A program made the translations under genes and the position numbers. The notes beneath the pieces were generated by a model. That model ran no database searches, was not told the DNA's origin, and saw only the letters and a list, made by a program, of their open reading frames with translations. From a phage, in sequence record PQ536907.1: DNA of 64,000 nucleotides. The stretch is one strand, 5' to 3'. Below are positions 1-9,731 of the stretch, piece by piece. Numbering within the stretch: position 1 is the first letter of the stretch; each line of letters begins with the position of its first letter.

Positions 1-1546
1 CGAAGATATTTGGTTTAAGTGATGTCGATACGAAGTTCTTGAAATAGAACATTTTGTTTTCAATGTTATGACGCAAAGTTTTAAAGGTAACTTCTTGTCC
101 ACGGTAAAGTGTAGTTCCTGGAGGAAGAACTGATCCTTTGGCAAAGGCAGAATCTAACGTCTCGATGTGATTAATAGCTCTTTCCATGTATTCTTCACGG
201 GTAGAATCTGGTTTACCCAAAAGGAACGAGTTCATTTCAACATATGAATCTGCACAATAATCTTCAATTACATCAGATTCAGCCTGAGTCAGTCCTTTTG
301 GAGTTACTTCGGTGCTTGCGTATTCATATGCCTGAGCAGCAGATTCATTAATCAATTTATAAATGCCATTCATTACAAATTGAATAATAGCTGTCTTTTC
401 ATCTGATGTAGCTTTAGAATCTTTAACTAAATCATTGATAATTTTCTTAATAACATCAAAGCTATTAGAAATATTAATGTCAGCAAGATCGCTTAAAATT
501 TTATCAGTTTTATAATCAAAGAATTCTTTATTCTTTAAATATTCTTGAGAACCTTGATATGTTATATCGCTCTGCAGCTTGATAGATGGATCGCGTAAAC
601 GTGCATGGGTCAATGCAATATGATTTCGGAAACTTTCTAGTTCATAATCATTAGATTTAAAACGAGAAGCACTTCTCATACCACCGATAGCTCCTTTGCT
701 GAAGTTTGAACCAATCTGGATAACGCCAGAGTTCATTGGTCCTTCTGCTTTATATACCGGAACTTTAGATTCAAACTCTTGATATTTCTTGGCAGCGAAG
801 CTATCACCCTGAAGTGAAGCATCAACAGTAGAATATTGAGCTTGTGCTGCTAATCGACGACTAATTTTAGTTTTCTGAATAACAGCTTGATCAGTGCGCT
901 TATCATTTTCTAAAGCAATAGAAGCAGCAACAGCGACAGCTTTAGGAACAGCATTACCTGTTTTAACGTCTACATAAACATCACCAACCTTTGATTCAAC
1001 TTTTGTGAATAACTCAGTTGAAATAGGAGGTACACCTGGAATGTCTTCTAAATTGGCATTTTTACGGTAAACCATAATATATGCATATTTTTTATCATAG
1101 TCCCAGATTTCCTTTAAAAGAACATATCGACCTGCTCCCTTAGTACGTACTAAACGGTCAGCAATAACTTGCATTTGACGAGCTGCGCCATTTGTTTTAC
1201 TTTTTAGTACGCGGAATAGGCATGCGTCGATTTTATACTGTTTCATTGTTTGAAGAGCAGTATCAAAAACAGCATTAATGACGCCAATTGGATTTCCACC
1301 CAAGTTTCTAAGCTTAACCAGCGATAATTTCTCGTTGACACCTATCATTACGATATGCATCATTTTATCGCCCGGCTTAACGTTTTTATTTGTATCACCA
1401 CCGGAGGTGTATGTACAAAATCTAAATCCAGGAAGCACGCTTTCTTCGCCGACTTGAATAGCAAAAATTTGTGGTATTTTATGCTTAGGATTTAAGTTAA
1501 CAACCGGCGCCGAAGCGCCGTCAAATAATTCTGTAATAAGTTCCAT
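1..1546 (-). CDS. Alt-like ADP-ribosyltransferase paralog, N-terminal ~515 codons (3' end lies beyond window start)
   Basis: Minus-strand ORF starting ATG at 1546, 3 nt after the alt stop; translation MELITELFDGASAPVVNLNPKHKIPQIF... shares blocks with Alt (CTYTSGGDTN, GDKMMHIV, YKIDAC, GRYVLLKE.WDYDKKYAY, LEDIPGVP.ISTELFTKVESKVGDVY, LYRGQ, MFYFKNFVSTSL). Confidence 0.8.
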   Translation of the reverse strand, partial: MELITELFDGASAPVVNLNPKHKIPQIFAIQVGEESVLPGFRFCTYTSGGDTNKNVKPGDKMMHIVMIGVNEKLSLVKLRNLGGNPIGVINAVFDTALQTMKQYKIDACLFRVLKSKTNGAARQMQVIADRLVRTKGAGRYVLLKEIWDYDKKYAYIMVYRKNANLEDIPGVPPISTELFTKVESKVGDVYVDVKTGNAVPKAVAVAASIALENDKRTDQAVIQKTKISRRLAAQAQYSTVDASLQGDSFAAKKYQEFESKVPVYKAEGPMNSGVIQIGSNFSKGAIGGMRSASRFKSNDYELESFRNHIALTHARLRDPSIKLQSDITYQGSQEYLKNKEFFDYKTDKILSDLADINISNSFDVIKKIINDLVKDSKATSDEKTAIIQFVMNGIYKLINESAAQAYEYASTEVTPKGLTQAESDVIEDYCADSYVEMNSFLLGKPDSTREEYMERAINHIETLDSAFAKGSVLPPGTTLYRGQEVTFKTLRHNIENKMFYFKNFVSTSLKPNIF

Positions 1547-1549
1547 GAT

Positions 1550-3643
1550 TTATCCTTGAACGAACTTGTAAGGCATGTTTGTAATATCTATGCAAGACGC
1601 AATAATTCCAAGAGATGATTCTACTTTCTGTTTAACGTTTGATGAAACAAATGATGCAAAGTCAACTCTGTCTTCTACTTCAATATCACCTGTCATTGCA
1701 ACTACTTCACCGGTTTCCATTAAATGGTCTCCGTCATAGATTACCGATTCGGTGAGCTCTTCCGTAGTCATAACTTCAGCTTGAATGAGTTTTGTATTAT
1801 TAGATGTTGTTCCGTCATTATTAGAAGCATCAGTTATTTTATTAACTTTGACCATCAATCCACGCGGTAGAATAACTTCAGCTTCTGTTGCTATTCCGAG
1901 ACTTCCTGGATATACAACATTAACTTTATGAGCTCCATCAATTGCCCATCCTATTTGAACTTTAACGTATTCAGGATTTTCTTTATACGCTCTTATTTCG
2001 TTTGGATTAATAGTTATTCCTTCTTCATTTTTATCAACTGTCAATTCATTACGAGCTTCTGGTTCTAAAAGACCAATACCAGCATGTGTAATTCCAAAAC
2101 GCCCAAAAATGATAGGAGTTAAAGAAGTAGATACAAAATTTCTGAAATAGAACACTTTATTTTTAACTAGCGCTTCGTATATAGGAGCAGTCATACTTTG
2201 AGCACGATAAACTGTAATGCCTTCCGGTATGCGGTCACCATTTTCAAAAGCTGAATCTAAATTATTTATAGCAGATTCAATTTCTTTTTCACTCATTACA
2301 TCATATCGTTCTGGATTGTAACGACCTAAAAGAAGATTATTGATGTCAGTATATCCTGAACCACAATACTCTCTAATGCCGCGCTTTTGTGATGGAGTAT
2401 ATTTAGAACCATCACGGGCAATAGTAATATCAATCATTGGACCTGCACCAATTCCAGAAAAACTATAAATCATTCTTTTGAGGAATTTAGTTTTTGCTGC
2501 ATTCCAGGCATTTTTAGTTATTTCTTCCCAGACTTCATCTGGCTGCCCTTTACGAGTTTTATTATGTTTATCAAGCCAATTATCTTTATATTCTTCAAAG
2601 AGTTGATTAACAGCTGCTGCGTATTTCTCTAAACATTTTATTGAAGTAGTTGGTTCATTTTTAATCGCATTAAGAATTACATCTTTAATTTTTTCAGAAA
2701 CTTCATTAACCTCACTTTTTGAAAAGAATTTATAGTCATAATGAAGTTCATCTGCAGTTCCTTCAGCAATAATTTTTGCTGCCTTAGTTTTAGAAGCTAA
2801 TGAATTAATTCCAATTTTCATTTCTTCTGCTTCGGGAATTAAAGGTGCAGTAGCTGGTTTATTAAAATTAGCTGCTGTAGATTCATACTTCTGGAATAAT
2901 TCACTTTCAAATCTAGAAGATTCCAATGACTGGCTTTGTGCAATTGCTCTACGGGAAATTTTAACTTTAACGATTACAGCTTGGTCAGAACGTTTATCAT
3001 TTTCTTGTGCAATAGATGCTGCAATTGCCTCATTTTTGGTTACTTGGGCTCCAGTATCTTTATTGATATAAACATCACCGACTTTCGATTCAACTTTAGT
3101 AAAGAGCTCGGTACTAATTTCCGGAACTCCTGGAATGTCTTCTAGTGATACATTTTTACGATGTATAAGAATATATGCATACTTTTTATCGTAATCCCAG
3201 AGTTCCTTAAGAAGGACGTATCTGCCACCTGAACGACTACGGATAAGTCTATCAGCAATAACTTGAATTTGTCGAGCTTGACCAGCGGTTTTAGACTTAA
3301 GAATACGAAGCATACAAGCATCAATTTTATATTGACGCATTGTTTGCATTGCAACAGTAAAAACTGAATTGATATAATTAATTGGGCTTGGACCAAGACC
3401 TTTTAATTTAGCAATTGAACCTTTAGCAGTTAATGTAAAAGGAACGATATGCATCATTTTATCGCCCATTTTTAAATCGCGATTAGTATCACCTCCAGAT
3501 GTATACGTGCATAAACGAAAGCCTGGTTGTTCAATTGCATCATCAACATGAACTGAAAAAATTTGTGGTATTTTCTTCTTTGGATTTAAGTTTGTAATCG
3601 GAAGAGTAGTATCTTCGTCAAATAATTCTGTAATGAGTTCCAT
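1550..3643 (-). CDS. alt: Alt, packaged RNA polymerase ADP-ribosyltransferase
   Basis: 698-codon ORF (start taken at 2nd Met, MELITELFDEDTTLPITNL...), matches recalled T4 Alt; R / STS / E motifs (VYRAQS, FVSTSL, EAEVILP). Confidence 0.9.
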   Translation of the reverse strand: MELITELFDEDTTLPITNLNPKKKIPQIFSVHVDDAIEQPGFRLCTYTSGGDTNRDLKMGDKMMHIVPFTLTAKGSIAKLKGLGPSPINYINSVFTVAMQTMRQYKIDACMLRILKSKTAGQARQIQVIADRLIRSRSGGRYVLLKELWDYDKKYAYILIHRKNVSLEDIPGVPEISTELFTKVESKVGDVYINKDTGAQVTKNEAIAASIAQENDKRSDQAVIVKVKISRRAIAQSQSLESSRFESELFQKYESTAANFNKPATAPLIPEAEEMKIGINSLASKTKAAKIIAEGTADELHYDYKFFSKSEVNEVSEKIKDVILNAIKNEPTTSIKCLEKYAAAVNQLFEEYKDNWLDKHNKTRKGQPDEVWEEITKNAWNAAKTKFLKRMIYSFSGIGAGPMIDITIARDGSKYTPSQKRGIREYCGSGYTDINNLLLGRYNPERYDVMSEKEIESAINNLDSAFENGDRIPEGITVYRAQSMTAPIYEALVKNKVFYFRNFVSTSLTPIIFGRFGITHAGIGLLEPEARNELTVDKNEEGITINPNEIRAYKENPEYVKVQIGWAIDGAHKVNVVYPGSLGIATEAEVILPRGLMVKVNKITDASNNDGTTSNNTKLIQAEVMTTEELTESVIYDGDHLMETGEVVAMTGDIEVEDRVDFASFVSSNVKQKVESSLGIIASCIDITNMPYKFVQG

Positions 3644-3666
3644 CATATCCTCTCTAGTGTTTATTC

Positions 3667-3674
3667 TATTTATA
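3667..3674 (-). promoter_or_regulatory. T4 late promoter box TATAAATA upstream of alt, preceded by GC stem-loop (3682-3695)
   Basis: Minus-strand TATAAATAG about 30 nt upstream of alt ATG; hairpin aggcccgaaggcct just upstream. Confidence 0.5.
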
Positions 3675-3695
3675 AAATTAAAGGCCCGAAGGCCT

Positions 3696-3884
3696 TTAAT
3701 AATCTAGTGGTAAGAGAGTACGATATATTTCAAACTTTGGTCCTTTTTCATAGGCATCAAATGTTTCTGTAAATTTATTATAAGCGTATGCATCTACAAA
3801 TTCGAGAATGACTTGTGATACAGAAGTAGAAACATCTCCACCTTCTTTTTGAGCAATGACAATTGTTTCTAAGTAAGCTTTCAT
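3696..3884 (-). CDS. hypothetical protein (62 aa)
   Basis: ORF packed between ligase and alt, stop overlaps ligase start region. Confidence 0.5.
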   Translation of the reverse strand: MKAYLETIVIAQKEGGDVSTSVSQVILEFVDAYAYNKFTETFDAYEKGPKFEIYRTLLPLDY

Positions 3885-5344
3885 AGACCAGTTACCTCAT
3901 GAAAATCACCAAATACATCTTCGAATGTATTAGCTTTAGTTTTATCTTCACGTAAACGAATCGCAATCGGAAGAAATAATTTAACGTAATCAGTGCGGCC
4001 ATCAGATTTTAACCAACCGTTGCATTCGCACTCTAGAATTTTTCCAATATAATAATTTTGGTTTTCCATAATGCGAGTACGGTCAAGCTCATGTGATTTT
4101 ACGCCGGCTTTATCTTTTAAGCCTGAACCAGCATTTACTTTAATTTTTCCACACTCTGATTCAAGAATAAATCCACCTGCTTTAGTAGGGTCTTTACGGT
4201 GAGGATAAATTCCTACAATTTTTAAATCAACATCAATTACTTCTTTAAATTTATAGAGATTTTTTGAACGAGCATTTTCCCATAATCCATCGATATTTTT
4301 GAGAATAATACCTTCAAGACCTTGGTCAATATACTTTTTATAAATTACCTTAGCTTCATCTAGGTTATTTACTACTTGGTTTTCAATTAAAATTACTTTA
4401 TCATAGCCTGATGTCATTTGTTCTAGTTTAGAAAAACGTACATCATATTTTAAACGAAATGCTGGAAGACCGTATATTTCTACCAACGGAACATAATCCC
4501 AGACCTGAAACTTCATGCATTGAGCTTCTTTTTCTGAAATAGTTCCCTTTAAAGATTTATTAGCGATTCCATTAGAAGTAGTACGTGATTCAGCTACTTC
4601 AGCAAACTCTTTAGCTTTACTAATTTCAGGATAAGCATCAAAAAGAAAATCTAGGCCTTCTGGCTCCTTTTTAACTTGCTCATGGTATACCAATTCGCCA
4701 TCAATTAACACACCTTCTGGATGAATCTGGCGGGCTTCAGCGGTCATTTTGATTAACTCTTCCTTAAGAAGATCTAATCCTAGATATTCATTACCAGCTC
4801 GTGATAAAAGACGGACATCATCTAATTCATCACCTCTAACTTCAGCAAAACACCGAGCTCCATCTGCTTTTAATTGTGCAAAGGCTGGAAATTTGATATT
4901 CTTACTAATGCCTTTTTCATCATAAGAACTTGCGAGCATTTGAGGTTGTTCAGGAATTAAACCTGGCCAAACTTTGTTTGCAATAGATACTGAAGCACCA
5001 CATTCAAGGTCTCGCATCATCACTCGACGCAAAACTTCAACATCATCTTTTTTACCATCGGTGATATATCCAGATAATTCCTCAATTGCCGCATTTCCGG
5101 TCAATTTCCGAGTAGCTAACGTGAATTCAATGAAGTCAAGCATATCGGTAAGAGTCAACATTCCAAAACTCTGGGTAGCAATACCCGGTTTAGGCCATTT
5201 CTTGATATAATACTGTAACCCACGAGAATAAGTCAGACGATATACTCGTTTAAGCAATTCATTATCTTTATTCTTTTCAAGAATTGCTTGCTTCTGCTTA
5301 GTTGAACCAATAGATGCTATTTCGTTCAGAATTTTAAGAATCAT
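3881..5344 (-). CDS. 30: ATP-dependent DNA ligase
   Basis: 487 aa, MILKILNEIASIGSTKQKQAILEKNKDNELLKRVYRL... matches recalled T4 DNA ligase; adenylation lysine motif KADGAR. Confidence 0.95.
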   Translation of the reverse strand: MILKILNEIASIGSTKQKQAILEKNKDNELLKRVYRLTYSRGLQYYIKKWPKPGIATQSFGMLTLTDMLDFIEFTLATRKLTGNAAIEELSGYITDGKKDDVEVLRRVMMRDLECGASVSIANKVWPGLIPEQPQMLASSYDEKGISKNIKFPAFAQLKADGARCFAEVRGDELDDVRLLSRAGNEYLGLDLLKEELIKMTAEARQIHPEGVLIDGELVYHEQVKKEPEGLDFLFDAYPEISKAKEFAEVAESRTTSNGIANKSLKGTISEKEAQCMKFQVWDYVPLVEIYGLPAFRLKYDVRFSKLEQMTSGYDKVILIENQVVNNLDEAKVIYKKYIDQGLEGIILKNIDGLWENARSKNLYKFKEVIDVDLKIVGIYPHRKDPTKAGGFILESECGKIKVNAGSGLKDKAGVKSHELDRTRIMENQNYYIGKILECECNGWLKSDGRTDYVKLFLPIAIRLREDKTKANTFEDVFGDFHEVTGL

Positions 5345-5610
5345 TGTTCATCCTTTAGAGTTTGGTTTACAGCTCTATTATAAATCAATTCATCATTAAG
5401 CTCAGTCAAAGACCTGTGGTACGTGGTTCTAACTTTATTTCCTTGCATCCAATGCTTGACGTAAATGAAACCTTGCTCTACACATTTTTTAAAAATTCGT
5501 TCGTCTTTTTGAGCTCGGAATTCTGGATTGCATCTAAAAAATTGATTTACGTGACCGTAATCACGTGTAGTATTACCTTCATTTTCATAAATAGTGTGAA
5601 CAACAAACAT
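5341..5610 (-). CDS. hypothetical protein (89 aa; 30.1-like position)
   Basis: ORF, synteny with T4 30.x block. Confidence 0.5.
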   Translation of the reverse strand: MFVVHTIYENEGNTTRDYGHVNQFFRCNPEFRAQKDERIFKKCVEQGFIYVKHWMQGNKVRTTYHRSLTELNDELIYNRAVNQTLKDEQ

Positions 5611-6446
5611 TAGAATGCTCCTTGGAAAATATTATCACCACTAGTAGGTCTATTATACAAATACTCTATACCACCGGGTTTAATATAGTTCCATGTCTGA
5701 AACGGATGCGTCTGATATGGATGATATGGATTATAAGGATTAAATCCAGGAGTTCTCCAGGTAGTGTTCCAACGAAAAGAATCATTTTTAATCATCTTTT
5801 CAATTACATCTTTTATAGCTTTTTCACTATCAAAACTTTCTTTATTTTCCTTCGGTGAAAAAAGCTTATTCTCTACATCGTTCCATGTATAAACTCGCTG
5901 AGCGGTTTTTGGAATACTGTCACGTTCCCCTCGAGCCATCCAATACACAGGAACACGTAATATTTCACTCGCATGATCGCAGTGGTGAGCGAGATCGTCA
6001 ATATAACAAATTACGTTATATTTCTCTTTTGCCTTTTTGAACAACTCTTCTTTTGAAGAATCATGACCACACATCATTACTTCTGAGAAGGCACCAGGAA
6101 AAAGAGCATTCAAATTAAATTGACGATTCAACAGAGCGTCAATAGAATCACCCAATGCTGTAACAGCTACAAAATTATAATCTTCTTTTAATTTGTTAAT
6201 TACACACAGAGCATCTTTATATGGAGACAAGTAACGAATAAAATCTGATCGATTGTATTTTTCAATTAACTTGACGCCAAGTTCTTCATCACAATTAAAA
6301 AGTTTACCTGGAGAAATAAATTTTTCATCCTGGATCATTTTTAAAATATGTTCCAACGGAAGATTATATTTCTGAGCAAAATAAGGAAGGCCTGATTGCC
6401 AGCTTAAACATACTCCATCAATATCAGTTAAAATAGTAGGCTTCAT
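5610..6446 (-). CDS. HAD-superfamily hydrolase-like protein (278 aa; 30.2-like position)
   Basis: N-terminal ILTDIDGV resembles the HAD DxDG(T/V) motif I; call is motif-based only. Confidence 0.55.
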   Translation of the reverse strand: MKPTILTDIDGVCLSWQSGLPYFAQKYNLPLEHILKMIQDEKFISPGKLFNCDEELGVKLIEKYNRSDFIRYLSPYKDALCVINKLKEDYNFVAVTALGDSIDALLNRQFNLNALFPGAFSEVMMCGHDSSKEELFKKAKEKYNVICYIDDLAHHCDHASEILRVPVYWMARGERDSIPKTAQRVYTWNDVENKLFSPKENKESFDSEKAIKDVIEKMIKNDSFRWNTTWRTPGFNPYNPYHPYQTHPFQTWNYIKPGGIEYLYNRPTSGDNIFQGAF

Positions 6447-6907
6447 AGAGAGTCTCTTAATAGGTTTAACACATCAATAAATTCAGCTTCGGTTAGTATT
6501 GTATCATCTTTTGTTAGACCACTAGCCATGCTGTGCTTCAAAACTTTTCCTTTCGAGGCTTGTAATGCATCGCGAAAGCCCCTGTTTTGGAACGCTGCTT
6601 CAAAATATGCATTTGTGTATAATTCTTTCCACGCTGGAGAGTATCTTGAAAACGGAACTCCAAGCCAGAAGAGGGTCCCACGGTCCTGAGCTCTTGCATA
6701 AGACCTTCCAGCTTGTTGGGCGGCAAGACCGGATAACCCAAATATACGACGTTGCTGTTCAATATTTTTCACCTTACACCCTTGGAGGAATCCTTCGAGA
6801 CCTCCAAATTGGATACCATCCATAACAAAAGGCCATTGGGCGAAATTACTTAATGCGCATGATGGCCATCTAAAATTGCTTCTAATCTCTAACTCAGACA
6901 TTTTCAA
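6443..6907 (-). CDS. hypothetical protein (154 aa)
   Basis: ORF in 30.x block. Confidence 0.5.
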   Translation of the reverse strand: MKMSELEIRSNFRWPSCALSNFAQWPFVMDGIQFGGLEGFLQGCKVKNIEQQRRIFGLSGLAAQQAGRSYARAQDRGTLFWLGVPFSRYSPAWKELYTNAYFEAAFQNRGFRDALQASKGKVLKHSMASGLTKDDTILTEAEFIDVLNLLRDSL

Positions 6908-7100
6908 TACTTATAATTTCAACATCAGCCCAATGACCATAGCAAGGAAGACGAAATTCAACTGGCCAGTTAGGGTCCTTTTCTAATATAATAGACTTAA
7001 CTTGTGGTTCTTCGTGTTCATCAGTATATGGATTTTTATCTGTTACTTTATATGTGACCTTAATGTACTGAATTCCAAAAATCTTATTAATTATATTCAT
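6894..7100 (-). CDS. hypothetical protein (68 aa)
   Basis: ORF in 30.x block. Confidence 0.45.
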   Translation of the reverse strand: MNIINKIFGIQYIKVTYKVTDKNPYTDEHEEPQVKSIILEKDPNWPVEFRLPCYGHWADVEIISIENV

Positions 7101-7294
7101 ACTAATTCCTTTAATCCGTAAATAGGAGATAATTCATCGCCCATACGAAGGTCTTCATTTCCATCTACCCAGGAAACAATATAAGCCTCTTTTATTTGAA
7201 TACCACTCCATTTAAATGGAGGTAGAACCTTAGAAATTAATCCAGGTATACCAACTCCCTTTAATTCAACAGTTTGACCTAAAAAGAATTTCAT
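7097..7294 (-). CDS. hypothetical protein (65 aa)
   Basis: ORF in 30.x block. Confidence 0.45.
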   Translation of the reverse strand: MKFFLGQTVELKGVGIPGLISKVLPPFKWSGIQIKEAYIVSWVDGNEDLRMGDELSPIYGLKELV

Positions 7295-7581
7295 TAGAAC
7301 CTCATCTGAAAACCGTGCGATTTAACATTACCGCCGCCAATATCAGAAATGTTAATTTCGCGCGCAATTGAAGGGTCAATGTCAATTTCACGATTGAGTT
7401 TAGTGATAGCTAAAGTATCGCGCCCATTTACTGTACGGAATTTTAAAGGACAAACCACATCAACGTAGTTTTTAATCGATTCACTGGTAGGCTGCAAATG
7501 AGCAGGAAGGTCTTTAGGTGCCTTTGAGAAAACAACTTCACAGAAATTTTTGCGGGTGTCAAAATAAGTAGTCATAAACAT
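7294..7581 (-). CDS. hypothetical protein (95 aa)
   Basis: ORF in 30.x block; GC hairpin ggggctaaagcccc just upstream. Confidence 0.5.
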   Translation of the reverse strand: MFMTTYFDTRKNFCEVVFSKAPKDLPAHLQPTSESIKNYVDVVCPLKFRTVNGRDTLAITKLNREIDIDPSIAREINISDIGGGNVKSHGFQMRF

Positions 7582-7622
7582 AATATTTTCCTCAGTAAGG
7601 GGCTAAAGCCCCTCATTTTATT

Positions 7623-8000
7623 TTAAATATCAAATTCATTAAGAACTACATCAAAGATTGCTTCAAGATGCTCAGATTTGGCTTTGTTACTCAGAATATG
7701 ACGAATCCAAGTTTTAACTAAGAGTTTACGATTAACGCCATTCCAGCAAGGATGAGTCCCTAAATCGCGTTGACGGAAATCATCATCCAGAGCGATTTTA
7801 AAGTTGGAACCTTCCATTGTGATTGAAACCGTGATACCGTTTTCAAATCGCATATAAACGTAATTAGGAGTCATATACTGATCGATTTCGCATACTGATC
7901 CGTTTTGATGTTTCCAGAGGCAAATAGTATCAATAGAACCTGCAATACCATTAGAAACATATTTACGTTCAAAGTTGATGTAGTTCATTTTATTCTCCAA
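7623..8000 (-). CDS. hypothetical protein (125 aa)
   Basis: ORF in 30.x block. Confidence 0.5.
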   Translation of the reverse strand: MENKMNYINFERKYVSNGIAGSIDTICLWKHQNGSVCEIDQYMTPNYVYMRFENGITVSITMEGSNFKIALDDDFRQRDLGTHPCWNGVNRKLLVKTWIRHILSNKAKSEHLEAIFDVVLNEFDI

Positions 8001-8055
8001 GATGTTTAATTGCGGTACAGGTATATAATATCATATCCTGTACCAAAGTAAACAA

Positions 8056-8388
8056 TTATTTTACTACTTTCCAATGCTGCATGTCAAGTTTACCAACTTT
8101 TTTCATCTTCTCAATTAAGCGTTCGGCACGTTGGCGAGCTGTAACATAATGCCATTCGCCTAATTCATTTTGTTCAATTTTTCCAACGATTACTGTATTC
8201 AATTCATAAATCCAACCAGTAAAGAAATTATGAACTTGAATTGTAAAGGTGAAATCTGTTCCCATACCTTCTGTTGTTTCTACTTCAATAATATCACCTT
8301 CAACTGCCATTAAGAACCACATAGTTTCATCATATTTACCATTGAAGCATTTAGTTTTAACTGTAGCGTTCAGATTAATCGTTTTCAT
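8056..8388 (-). CDS. hypothetical protein (110 aa)
   Basis: ORF with SD AAAGGAG upstream; driven by cassette at 8416-8493. Confidence 0.5.
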   Translation of the reverse strand: MKTINLNATVKTKCFNGKYDETMWFLMAVEGDIIEVETTEGMGTDFTFTIQVHNFFTGWIYELNTVIVGKIEQNELGEWHYVTARQRAERLIEKMKKVGKLDMQHWKVVK

Positions 8389-8415
8389 TTTATTCTCCTT
8401 TGTTTGTGTAAGATA

Positions 8416-8493
8416 ATACTATCACAAAGGAACCGTACTGTAAACAACTTTGTGCAATCTTTGGAAAATAAAAAAGGACTCCCGAAGGAGTCC
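8416..8493 (-). promoter_or_regulatory. Early sigma70-type promoter (-35 GTTTACA, 17-nt spacer, -10 TAGTAT) with upstream GC stem-loop terminator (PeSL-like cassette)
   Basis: Minus strand: hairpin ggactcc-cgaa-ggagtcc (8476-8493) followed by T-run, then GTTTACA (8439-8445) and TAGTAT (8416-8421). Confidence 0.55.
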
Positions 8494-8498
8494 TCAAC

Positions 8499-8675
8499 TT
8501 ATGCTTTCTGCTTACCAAAACGAGAAGCATCATCTCGAAGAACCGCACGTGCTCGGCGCATGATCTTCTCAACAGTTTGATTGATACGAGAGTTCGACCC
8601 ACGCTTGTAACCAGCGCGTTTAGAATCACCAACTTTCTTTTCAACTGCTTTCTTTGCTTTAGCTTGTTTTGCCAT
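8499..8675 (-). CDS. small highly basic protein (58 aa, MAKQAKAKKAVEKK...)
   Basis: ORF track gives 72 aa from an upstream Met; start at MAKQ preferred because of a weak SD upstream; Lys/Arg-rich. Confidence 0.45.
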   Translation of the reverse strand: MAKQAKAKKAVEKKVGDSKRAGYKRGSNSRINQTVEKIMRRARAVLRDDASRFGKQKA

Positions 8676-8963
8676 TATAAATTCTCTTTTAAATGAAAAT
8701 GCAGGACTTATTGGCATTGCCTGCGCAAGCCCTCAAGGGGGTACTTAGGTTTTGAATATTTACCGACAGGATAACCATAAACCTCGTCATCATACCACCA
8801 AGACTTACACAGATAACACTTTTCTGACGCATGATAGTAACATTCAAGAGGTACACCGTAAAACTGCCGGGGTCTTAAAACTATAATGATTTGCGAATCA
8901 TTAATCAGACAGTTCGACGGCTCCTCGATTTAGCTCACACTAAGGCAGTGAATCTCCAATAAA

Positions 8964-9212
8964 TTACTTCAATGTTACCACAAAGTGACGAACTGCTTTT
9001 CGTGCAGCAGAAGCCAGAGACTTAGCATACTTAAGTTCATCTTTTTCCTGAAGCTCAGCAGCTAATGCAGTTTGAGCAGGATTCAGATGTTTGAAATAAC
9101 GCAGGATTTCAAGAGCTTCGGCTTCAACATCAATAGATGCGCCATAGTTTTCGTGACCATTATTCCATGCGTTTCGTTGCAGTTCAAGAGCGTGTTGTAA
9201 TTGTTTAATCAT
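8964..9212 (-). CDS. rIII: rIII lysis-inhibition accessory protein (82 aa)
   Basis: 82-aa ORF immediately preceding gene 31 in transcription order, as in T4; length matches. Confidence 0.65.
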   Translation of the reverse strand: MIKQLQHALELQRNAWNNGHENYGASIDVEAEALEILRYFKHLNPAQTALAAELQEKDELKYAKSLASAARKAVRHFVVTLK

Positions 9213-9338
9213 TTAAAAATTCTCGTTAGAGATTAAAACTCGGTAGTCACGTTCTTCTGAATTTCATCTTCTTTCGACAGATCTCTCAGTTGTAGACTAC
9301 CACATAGAATTGAAACTCAATTCATATTATTATTTATA

Positions 9339-9674
9339 TCACTTATAAAGACACGGAATAGCTTTATAGTGACAGGTAACAAATTTTTGTTTAATTTCTT
9401 TTGGCTGCTTAAGACCCAGAGCTACAAAAGGATGCGGAACGTTTCGAATTTGACCAACTGGAAGAGAAGTCAAATCACCAACTTCACAAAAACCTTCAGG
9501 AACATCAGGACCGACAGAGTGAATTACACACAGTTCAGGAACTTCACCTTGAACACGTTTACCGATAATAAGTCCTGATTCTGTAACTTCTTCATCACCG
9601 GCTTGTGCAGGTTCAGAAACTAAAATAACATATTCACCGACAGCACGAATTGGTAGCTGTTGTACTTCAGACAT
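9339..9674 (-). CDS. 31: gp31 co-chaperonin (GroES analogue)
   Basis: 111 aa, [30 protein letters not shown]... matches recalled T4 gp31. Confidence 0.95.
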   Translation of the reverse strand: MSEVQQLPIRAVGEYVILVSEPAQAGDEEVTESGLIIGKRVQGEVPELCVIHSVGPDVPEGFCEVGDLTSLPVGQIRNVPHPFVALGLKQPKEIKQKFVTCHYKAIPCLYK

Positions 9675-9704
9675 CGTTTTTCCTTTTTGTTAACAGATGA
9701 ATTA

Positions 9705-9731
9705 ATAATAACAAATAATTCTTAAAGCATT
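9705..9731 (-). promoter_or_regulatory. Candidate MotA-dependent middle promoter for gene 31 (MotA box AATGCTTTA, 11-nt spacer, -10 TATTAT)
   Basis: Minus-strand read aaTGCTTTAagaattatttgtTATTAT about 25 nt upstream of the gene 31 ATG. Confidence 0.4.

Noticed and set aside
2936-3396. Plus- and minus-strand ORFs (69 and 84 aa) overlapping the alt coding region
   Set aside because: Lie wholly inside the well-supported alt gene in other frames, with low-complexity translations; treated as spurious.
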